Assembly: GCA_000708835.1 (NCBI GenBank)
Contig: DF237670.1
Span: 1-40,597 of the forward strand
DNA: 40,597 nucleotides
Reading direction: 5' to 3'
Source: Klebsormidium nitens
Lineage: Eukaryota > Plantae > Klebsormidiophyceae
Both the position numbers and the translations under genes were made by a program. Positions 1 through 9,300 of the stretch are shown piece by piece (the first letter of the stretch is position 1; every line of letters starts with the position of its first letter). A model generated the notes under the pieces. That model was not told the origin of the DNA. It saw only the letters and a list, made by a program, of their open reading frames with translations, and did no database searches.

Positions 1-213
1 ACATGGCACAAGTATATGCAATACGACAAGACAAGTTTGATGCAAGCTCATCCGTCAGATCAATCAGATAAGTGCGCGACTCAGTATACGATATTGAGCA
101 AAGCAGATAGCAGGTACGCCATACGCGCGCGGACAATATACTGGGACGAGTTCGATATGAAGATTCATAGACTCGAATCGTCACATGCATATCCAACGCA
201 AAGAATGCACGAA

Positions 214-771
214 TCTCAGCAACGTGAAGCGGCTGGCCTCATCTAAGTTCGTTTGTTGCAGCAACGTCTCTAGGTAAAGGCACAGTTTAGCAAGCTTGTC
301 CTCGAAAAGGGGAACTGCCTGCCGAGGTTGCACTCGGGATTGAGCTTGCTCTTGCTTGACGTCTCTAAGGTGGAGTTTGACCCGACGGTCCATGCACGGA
401 TTAGACCGATGCGGAGCCCACTGATGGAAGTCCGCTTGCAAACGACCCACTAACGAATCAAGTAAACCCCAGGCTGCACGACGCGGGCACGCGCAGGTGT
501 CCACTCGAGATCCAAAGAACTGGCAGCCAAAAACGTGGACAACTGTTTTCCCGGTAACGTGTTGATGCACTAAATATGCGACCACATGATCAGCGTGGCA
601 GCTGTCAAGTGTCTCAGGAGGCTCGTAGTGCTGAAGGAACGCCAAAAACGTGCGCCAGTCACGCCACTTATGGCCCTCATAACGGCGCGATTGGCGGAGA
701 CATCGAAGATCTTCAAGGCGAGCTTGAATTGCGGCGAAATCAGGGACAGGGACCCGGGGGGGAAGGCTCAC
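214..771 (-). pseudogene. DIRS tyrosine recombinase, N-terminal part only (catalytic domain missing)
   Basis: HVVAYLV...GKTVVH...CACPRR...LDSLVGRL...NPC...VKLHLRDVKQEQ...QAVPLF.DKL resembles the N-terminal region of DIRS-type YRs. The sequence breaks off before the catalytic residues. Confidence 0.75.
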
Positions 772-1720
772 CTATAAAAAGCGAAAGTCCAGAAGAACCG
801 CCCAGTGAGCAACAGGTGACGGCGGCAAGGCAGCAAAGGAACCGCCGCTCCTCCCGCGGCGCTCAAAAGGGCTGGGTGCGAACGGCGCAGACAGCAGCGT
901 CCATGAGAGCGCGGCCTCCAATATGAGGGGCCACCAATACTGCCCCACGCGGCCCTGGTCGTATTGGGGAACAACCGTGACGGTCAACGAACGCTGGGAG
1001 CGAAGATATCCGAGTAGAGGGCCGATCAGGATGAAAGGCGGGTTTGCAAACGTGACCCCGGTAGTCGGAATAGGTTGGGCGAAAACATTTACGCCCGTGG
1101 ACCCAGGACACGCATAGCGTGAAAAGAAAGGGATATCACGTCCATCAAAGCCCTGTTGCCGGTTGGCCCCCGAGGAAAGGAGGTCAATGAGGAAACCCCC
1201 ATGCGCGCGATCAAGTTGCTGGAATAAAGCAGGCCGGAGGCGAAGAGGCGATTCCTCCCGGGAGATAGCATCAGCCACCGTGTTGAATTCGGATGCAATC
1301 CAGTGATATACAATATCGACATTGTCCGCGCGCTGTAAAAGGAAAATCAACTTGGCCACGTCCGTCATCTCCAAGCTTCGCCCTCCACCATTGATCAGGT
1401 TGTACATCGCTGACCGATTGTCAATATAACAATCAACCTGAGCACCAGCCAAGTGTTGCCGAAAGCTGAGGAGAACGTTGTAGAAAGCCATAATCTCGAG
1501 CAGGTTAATGTGAAGGCGCTGATCTGAAGCGGACCAGTCGTTCCATGCCCGGTACTCCAATGAACCGACGATGATCCGGCCCCCCCAACGACGCCCCGAA
1601 GAATCGGTCTCAATAGCAATGGTCACGTGTCGCTCAGAGCGCCACGTCTGAGTACCATGCCAGCAGCCGAGCCCCAACCACTCGGTGAGCTCCGACCTTA
1701 GGGGGCCAGCAAGCGGGATG
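772..1720 (-). pseudogene. DIRS RNase H plus N6-adenine DNA methyltransferase-like domain
   Basis: RNase H motifs TDSS-x-x-x-WG, HINLLE, YIDN, GGGRS and N-x-x-ADAISR, followed by IDLLSS-x-x-N and an NPPF motif (1033-1044), as in the MT domain of DIRS elements. The frame continues upstream of the supplied ORF start as RYIPLAGPLRSELTEW. Confidence 0.85.
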
Positions 1721-2304
1721 TACCGTCTTCACGCCGGTTGCCAAAACGGCGGATGGAGCTGTAGATCACCCGAGTAAAGAGCATAGCGCCAGGAACCGCA
1801 ATCCGAAGGGAAACGCACTTGCCAACAAATCGCTCAAGCGACTTGTACCCAACTGAGGTTGAGTCCAAGATGCTCCGTAAGAGTGCCAGAAATTTTTCCA
1901 ACTTGGCCGGGGAAATTGAAAATGTGCGGCGGGAAGTATCAACTAAGAATCCGAGCCACTGGAGGATGGGGCTAGGGAGGAGGTGCGACTTCTTGAGGTT
2001 GACATAGTACCCCAGCCAAACGAGGAAGCTACAGACAATATAACAGGTAGAACCTGCCCGCTGATCCAAGGTCTGACCTTGTCGAGTCAGTAACGGCAAG
2101 TAGATCGAGTCGTCCAGATAGAACAAGTTCCGGATCCCCAACCGACGGAAAAACTGAGCCACCGCTCCCGATAACGTGTTGTAGATGAAGGGGCTCGCCT
2201 TCCAACCAAAACTGAGCGTCGAGTAAACATAGTAATATCCCTCATACTCGAAACCGAAGTATTCCTCAGATGCATCCGTCAAGCAGACGTGAACGTACCT
2301 GGCC
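1698..2304 (-). pseudogene. DIRS reverse transcriptase, N-terminally truncated
   Basis: Translation has YVHV-x-LTDASEEYFGF, LSFGWKASPFIY, YLDD (2109-2120), VNLKKS and WLGFLVDT. The N-terminal '[16 protein letters not shown]' of the supplied ORF comes from the GCS1 intron copy. A frameshift near 1720-1730 separates RT from the RNase H frame. Confidence 0.88.
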
Positions 2305-3837
2305 TCGAATTTTTCAGTCCGTGTGTCACCATTGACACGTGGGGTGCTCGCCCGATATTGCCAGGTCAAAACGAGAGCGAATCGCTGTGGGCAACGCCAT
2401 AAGCATTTCTGATTTGGTCGAACTGGTTCTGTTCATCGGTCTTGGTAAGCGGTCTCGCGAGCTGAACTGACCACTGTAAGCGTGCGGCAATTGTTTCGAC
2501 CGCGCCAAAATGTGGAACAGTTGCGACCAAGCTTGTTCATCACGATGTCCGGATGAATGTGGCAAACGCGGGGACCTACCTCGAGTCTGTATTGTACTTC
2601 ATAGATTTGAAGCAACTGCTGTTCTCTGGACGAGCTTTGCTTATCTTAGATTGAATCCCTTTCTTCTTGCCCAATGGTTTCGGAGGAATGTCGAACCGGA
2701 ATGCCAACCAACCGTCTAGCGAAACCGTCTAGCAAAAACTGACGCAAATGCATCTTCTGCCTTGTCTACACAGACAAATACCAGAAAATCAATCTGAGCA
2801 GACACTCGAGGGAAAGACGGGCGAACAGCAGGGATTGTAAGTCTGTCGGCTCATACCTTCTGTTTCGTCCATTATGTAGAATAAGAACAACCCTTGATTG
2901 AAATGCGACTGTTCTCCCCGCCGATGTCAATGTAGTCCTTGTTCCGATCATAAGTCACTCGAACGGCCCACTCGCGAAAGGCGTCGCGGTCTTCTGGATC
3001 CTTCATGAATGACGTCGTGATGAGGTAGCCCTCGTCTAGCAGCTCCTGTCAGAAAAAAAAGGGCATGTCTAATGGTCATTCTGGTTTCCAATTACCGTTT
3101 TTCTGTATTCTCGTTTCCGCTCTCCCTCTGACTACTCTCCTTACAGCCTGTCCCGTTCTCCTAGTTGCCACGTTCAAATCACCAACCCCATTTTCTCTTT
3201 GCTTATGGAAATTCGTTATATTGGTTTGCAGGTCACGTTCAAACCGCATTCTTTGCTCCGCTTCTTGTCTCTCTTCATGGACTTTGTTGAGAATCTACTT
3301 TTCAGTGTAGCCTGATCAGGGTGCCAAAACAACTTCGCATCAATCTTGCTCTCACAAGCTACCTTGACACCAAGAACCACGATTAGATTTTCCACCAAAC
3401 TCCAACAAGTTTATTCCAGTCATTGACTCCAAAGCCTACTCAAAGAGCCCTCGATTTCGTTTTCAGATTATTCTTCTGAGATCTTGGGGATGGGCAGACC
3501 AGGACACCATCAAATAAAGTGTCAAAGCTCAAGAAGGGGGCAGACCAGAGCGCACAGCATACCTGGCGACCAAACCTGACACCGTCATGGCGGAGCCAGC
3601 CGTAACCCGACATCTCGTCAGAGTCTTCGCATTCGTGCCGGGTCCGGTACATCTGTTTCGAGAGGGCCCAACCACATCAAGCCCGCGATGATAGACTTGG
3701 GAACCCTGCAGAATTGGGATTGAAATTCCTTTGCGCCACTTCTTTTATCTGACTTACATGTCATTGGCGCCACAGCCTTGAACCTGTGCGCCATAAGCTT
3801 CAATCCAACTTAAGGACCTGGTGAAAATCTGGTGCAT
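2305..3837 (-). pseudogene. GCS1: Partial duplicate of GCS1 (end of intron 1, exon 2, intron 2, exon 3, most of intron 3)
   Basis: Co-linear and roughly 90% identical by eye to 24650-26183, in the same orientation. Pseudo-exon 3705-3563 is 143 nt versus 142 (+1 frameshift giving [18 protein letters not shown]-stop). Pseudo-exon 3045-2857 is 189 nt versus 187. Splice sites are retained, so this is a DNA-level copy, not a retrocopy. Confidence 0.93.
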
Positions 3838-4030
3838 CTCCCTTCTCTCTGTGGGGAAAAGCGCCTAGCCATGTCGATTTCAAGACACTGTCCTCTGAAA
3901 GCGAACCTCGAACCAGATGCCAAAACATTCACACGGCGCTTCTGCGTAGCTCAGGCTTCCCATCCGCCGTCGATTCAACTATTGCAACTTTCTAGCAGAA
4001 TGACTGACCCACTCGTTTCCTCGTTTTCAG

Positions 4031-4337
4031 GGTCGCCCTGAGCCAACAGGAGATCAATTACAACAGCGCCAAGCGAAGGATCGCTGACCTGGAGGATCGA
4101 ATCATCGCGCTCGGATCCATTCCGCCCGCGACCGCGTACGAGGAGCTATTGAACCCCAAACCCAGGCTCGGACACATTCCTCCATTCCGCACGGGTCCAA
4201 CTGACTCGGGACTGCGCTTCTCGTCGGAGGTACTACAGCGCCTTCAAATCCGGCCTTTCGGGGGGAAACTCAAGTTGGGCCTCGCCCCCCGGGAACCGCC
4301 GTTCCCAAAGTCCTTCTCCGATGGCGCCAGGCATTGA
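4031..4337 (+). pseudogene. Orphan exon-like fragment of an unknown gene
   Basis: Preceded by a branch-like TGACTGAC and polypyrimidine tract ending TCGTTTTCAG. Open frame VALSQQEINYNSAKRRIADLEDRIIALGSIPPATAYEELLNPKP... to a stop at 4337. No upstream exon of this gene is recognisable. Confidence 0.35.
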
Positions 4338-5133
4338 GTCGTCCAGCTTCAACTTCCAGTTCGCGCTGGCTAGCCTAGACAGCCAGACAGCTCGATTGGG
4401 AAGCTCTTCCAGCAACCGGTCACTCCAGCGACCGCCACGTGGCATGACGCCACGCCGCCCGGGAAACACGGTTCGTCCCCTGACCATATAACCGCCCGGC
4501 CAGAGCTTTTACGGCCCCCGACCGGAGTGCCACGTCATCCCAAACCGCACGGACGTATTTCTCGCCCCCAAAGTATACCCCCGGTGGTGGCAACCGGTTA
4601 CCGCGAGCAGATTGCCCTAGCTGGCTTTCGATGTCTCGAAGAGCACCGAGGTCACGGCCTGCAAACTGATCCGCGTTCGACATGAGCCGTGTGAAATAGG
4701 TACGTAGGTACAACCATGCAGGCAGAGTTGGCCTGGCAGATTTGGCCACCGGCAGGACTCAACCGAGGGGCGTCGGCCGAATACCTAACTGACGTTCGTG
4801 CAGAATTGAGCGGCGAGCCCAAGTTCTGACACAAGCCGACCGGTTCACGATCAGACTGGGGTTTGAAAGCGACGGATCGAAAAAACACGGAAGTGTAGAT
4901 ATCTTTCGGAGCTGACTCTGGATGACGAGCGCAGAATATCGACTAAGCGTACCGAACCGCGTCGAACGTTGAAACTGCTCTCATGCTGTTGCGCCAGGGC
5001 AAGAACATAGGAATCTGCCACGTGTAAAACATCTTAAGGAATGACGGTCGTCGATATCGGTTCCAGGAGTCACGGCCGTACACTGCCGAAGACTTTTATT
5101 ATATAGATTTGGAAGGTTCCGCGTTGTGTACGC

Positions 5134-5221
5134 GCTCTTTTTAGCCCAGTGGGCAAAGAGTTTGGTCGGGGCTCGGACGGCTCGAGCCTCGAGGTCCAGG
5201 GTTCGAGTCCTGGCAGGAACG
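5134..5221 (+). tRNA. tRNA-like element (tRNA pseudogene or SINE head); isotype not assignable
   Basis: A-box TAGCCCAGTGG (5142-5152), B-box GGTTCGAGTCC (5200-5210), T-arm CCAGG/CCTGG, imperfect D and acceptor stems. AT-rich TTATTATATAG lies about 30 nt upstream. The anticodon region is non-canonical and no T-run terminator follows immediately. Confidence 0.5.
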
Positions 5222-5689
5222 TCAGTATTCCGGGAGTCAACTTCTAAAAGGGATGTCGTGGACACGTGTCGATTTCCTATGTTCTTGCCTGTCGTGAACC
5301 ATCGCAAGACAGCTTTGATGCAATTTGTCGAAAGCGTTACATGCGTTACATATATACATGTCAGTCTATATGATTATTCGATTTCGATTTCGATACACCA
5401 TGTTTGACATATATAAGACAACTCTAGACTCGCCAGCTCGAGCCTGGCCGACTATTTCACACTCCGTGACACGTGTCGAGGCCTTAGCCCTCAGCCAAAG
5501 TGGTGTCAACGTAGCATGCGTACGGTAATGGAGTCTGGACCTGCGTGTTGTCATCGTTGAGCATTTTCGGTTTATGTTGTCATTAGTGGATTCGCCCCAT
5601 GCCTTTGATACGCACGGGCTTTAAGAGAAGTATCCATTCTGCATCCGTGTTGACTAGTAGGGGGCCGGGGCCATGTTGACAAATGAAAG

Positions 5690-5782
5690 TGCTGTTGTGT
5701 TGGTGTAGAGGTTAGGGGTGGGTGCGGGTGTGCGACCCGTGATAGTTGACGGTTATGATTGCTGGTTGGGTTGCCCGGGGCT
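5690..5782. mobile_element. Degenerate copy of the G-rich MITE-like core
   Basis: GGTTAGGGGTGGGTGCGGGTG (5710-5730) and a downstream GTTGCCCGGGG match the element at 28345-28512. Terminal inverted repeats are not clearly preserved. Confidence 0.35.
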
Positions 5783-6398
5783 TCTGAATCTTAGGAGACA
5801 AGCCCCTTCGGGGACTGCTTCTGGAGGGCTGGAGCCTGGTACGTAAGAACTTGCGGCAACGACGGAGTGCATGCCACTTGGCAGCTCCTCATTCAAGACA
5901 TGAACTTTCTCTTCGGTACTAGGAGTTCGGACTCCGGGAGACGACTGCACTCCGACCTCTTCTCTGAGCACTGTTTGAATTCTGCTCTTGGATACCGTAT
6001 GCTCTTGATTAGTCAACAAACAAGAAGTACGTACGGTATATTTCGAAGTGAAGTATGAACCCTTCAGCGACATTTCGGTTGTGAACCTCGAGACCCCAGA
6101 ATCTCTTCTGCAGGCTTCAGCCTTCAGTACTGTAGCTCTTTTCAAAGTAGTCAGCAAGCCAGCAAGCTTGCTTCTGTAAGGGCGTTCTCGTTGTGACTTG
6201 TAGGTAGTACCTAGACAGATTTTGGGTTCACTCTGTTGCCATCGCCATTGCCACCTGCAGAACCTCAATTGGACCTTTGGACAGGCTTCCTGCGCTTGTC
6301 CGTCTTTGTCAAACAAGTTTTGTCATGTACGACGCTGGAAGGCAGTAGAAGTTCTTGCTCTTGTGCCATTGCATCTTACATACAGCACAGCAAAAGAT

Positions 6399-9300
6399 AT
6401 GGCACGTATAGTGCCTGTCGCCGCCGCCCTGTGCGCTTTGATGGTCTTTCTGCGGGCCTGCCAGACAGAAGGTAAGCTCATCTAGCTCAATGCTCAATTT
6501 CTTGAGCCTGACTGCGCCTTTTGGCCTCCAATTGCCTGGTTGCTTTCCTGCCTTCATTGTTAGGAATGGGCTTCCATGCTTCTACAGCTATGAAAGTGTC
6601 AATAAATTATGCTTGTTGATTCGTGTAAACCTCTTATTGTCCGGTTGAATGCCAAAGAGGCTCTCAACCAGGGCAGCAGCTAATCATGGGCTACATCTTG
6701 AGACTACTCAGTTTGGGTCGCTGTTCAAGACTTTTTGCTTCCAGCGTTGAATTGCAAGCTTGTAGAGAGCTGTAACTAGCCAAAAACTTCAAGCTAGGAG
6801 AAAAGAGCTCTTGCTTTCCTGGTTCATGGAGCTCCAGGCCCTGCCCTGGTTTTCTTCACCTAGCCCCGTCCTGGTCTGCACATGTGGGGTGAATGTGCAA
6901 AAGCAGGAACTTTGTGATGCTTCTTCTGACATTGTAGATTGATGGAGATTCTCTTTGAGTACTGCATAATTGTAGACGGGCCTCCTCAGGTTGCAGCCTC
7001 TCGTGCTGTCTGGAACTCCCTAACCTGTGCAGCACACTGTTATCTGTGATTCCTCTTGCGGGCCAAAGCATTGACTGCCAAGGCAGGGAGCTTTTGCTGC
7101 AGGTTCAAGTGAAAAGGTGGTGTCAAAGCAATTAAAGTGTGACCATTCCGTCCTTTCTTTGCAGCGCAACCTTTCAATGTCACACTTGTAGCGCAACTTT
7201 TGAATGCCACATTTCCGAGTCCAGCAAATGCGACTTTGGCAAAGCCCAATACGACCTGCGTGGGATACACAGACCGTGCAAGCCTGCTGGCAAAACTCGA
7301 CTCTGCGAGATCGGGGGAGGTTATTGTCATCTGCAGGTGAGACTGCGCAGCGCGGGAAGTGGCCATAGACAAGATGAAAGAACTTGTGAATGTTGTGACC
7401 TTTGGGGTGGGAAACAGCGCCTACAATCAGCTGAAGAAGCTAGTCAACGAAGTTCACACGGTCTGGTTGCAACGGCTAACTTAAGTGCTGGTAGCTGGAA
7501 TGTTTTTTGTAAGATTGCCTCACTTTCGAATTCTTTGACTCCTGAGTCCCATCTTTAATCTTAGGAGCTGAGGAATCCGTTCACTCTGGAATCTTTGCTC
7601 TTTCTCAACTCTTTCTCAAGTGCCAACATTACATTGGCAATAATCGTTTCGAAACAAGTTGAAGCTTTAAACTCCAATCTGAGCCTTGGACGCAATGCTG
7701 TTTCATCACCTACTCCTGACACATGACAGCATTTGTGATAGTTTTGCTCCCCAGGATCTGAGTTTGGCTTGATGCCGCTGCCGCTTTCCACGCATGCTTC
7801 ACAGGTGTCTTCCAAATGTTTAGTGCACTACTGCGGGGCACTGCCCGGCCGGGCTGAGATGCTGCAGAGGAGCAAGAAGTTCTACTGTCTTCAGGACGAA
7901 CAGGACGAACTTGTTTGACAATGGCACGTTTATATTTATTATACCCAAGTCCAGCACACAATAACCTCGCTTCATCTGAGCCTCTGAACCTCTGTGCCCT
8001 TCTTTGCAGCGACATCATGATCGACTTAGATTACGATGACTATCTACTGTACGTCAACAGTTCGGTTACAATCATTGGAGGCAACACCACCACCGGCCGT
8101 CCATACGTGATCCACGGGAGCTACACTGTGAGCAGATTTCTCCCTCAACTTCCCACTAGACTATGTCAAAGGCTAGAGTCCTTAGCTTGTGCGGTACACT
8201 TTAGTATTTTGACGAAATCCTAAAGCTGGAGATGAGTAACAGGAACCGTCTGGGCTTGCCTGAGAGTCCCGTCACAAATACGGGACTCCGGATGTCAAAA
8301 GAAACTTGTTGTCCAAGTTACACCGACTGGTCACTTCTTGTAGTTTTCGCAGTTTGTTTTGCAATCCTTGACGTGGGGACTTGGGACGTGGATGCTTGAA
8401 AAGTGTTGTGTATCAAGGACAGACTTGCGTGCTGCACTAAGCGAGTCTATGCAACCAGACCCACAACCAGACCCCGCGCCCCTGAAGCACCCTCAAATCT
8501 GTCGACTCATCCTGAAGCGGTCCGCTAAGATTACGTTGAAACCGTGTTCTGACTAACACCTACTTTCTGTGCAGTCTCCACTTTTCAGAGTTGCAGGATC
8601 GGTGGGCCCTGTTGTCTTCCAGAACTTAGAGCTCTCATCTGCCTATGTGAGTAGCCTGATTTCTTTGTGCCCCCAACTGTACAAATTCTACATAGCTGCG
8701 TGTAGTAGTTTTCTATCTTAGACAGTGATGGGTTTTGCACTTCATGATATTATGCGACCCCTCGAAAGGAATCTCAAGAATAGCATCTTTATAGAGCAAA
8801 CGTAAGAGTCACTTCGAAGCTGGAGCCTGATCTCATCTCCGCATGCTGACAATCCACCAAATTTTCAGTCACCAAAGATCATGGAACCTGCAAGCCGCCA
8901 GACATTGTCGCACTTACACAAGCTGCTTCTCTCTTCTGATGACATTCTTGCTCAGCTTGACAATCCGAACAACTTAGGAGTTTGCCAGTATGTTTAGCGT
9001 GATTCCTCAGGCCCGAAAATTGAATACCCTCTTCACTAAAAGTAGTGCAAAGAATAATGACGGATCATACCCTTCTGCAGGGACCCTATTTTGGAGGCGC
9101 GGTCGATGTCGGAAAGAACGCGGTGGTCAGCTTTATCAACGTCGCTTTCACCAACAATTACGCTGAGGTGAGTCAGCCCTCTCGCATCTCAATCAAGAGA
9201 TCTGAGAGTCGGTTGAGAAACCAGTGGGGAGATTTAATGGATGGCTGACATCCAGTCCACTGAGGGAGTCCCTTTCAACCGAAAGTGGATTGAAAGACTG

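Larger units (their letters stand above)
214..2304 (-). mobile_element. Truncated, frameshifted DIRS-type (tyrosine recombinase) retrotransposon fragment
   Basis: Minus-strand domain order RT, RNase H, methyltransferase-like, tyrosine recombinase is the DIRS arrangement. The 5' part is lost: RT begins abruptly at ~2304, where the GCS1-derived sequence starts. YR similarity appears to stop at ~214 (FTLLR then unrelated sequence and a stop). No terminal repeats are visible in the window. Confidence 0.9.

Noticed and set aside
4420-4749. Minus ORF containing LPPPGVYFGGEKY, reminiscent of profilin LAPTGL-x-LGG-x-KY
   Set aside because: Spacing to the N-terminal motif is ~20 aa too short and no other profilin features are present; probably chance.
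5839-6330. Seven GTAC upstream of the beta-helix gene
   Set aside because: Spread over ~490 bp and only mildly enriched; too weak compared with the 39123-39200 array.
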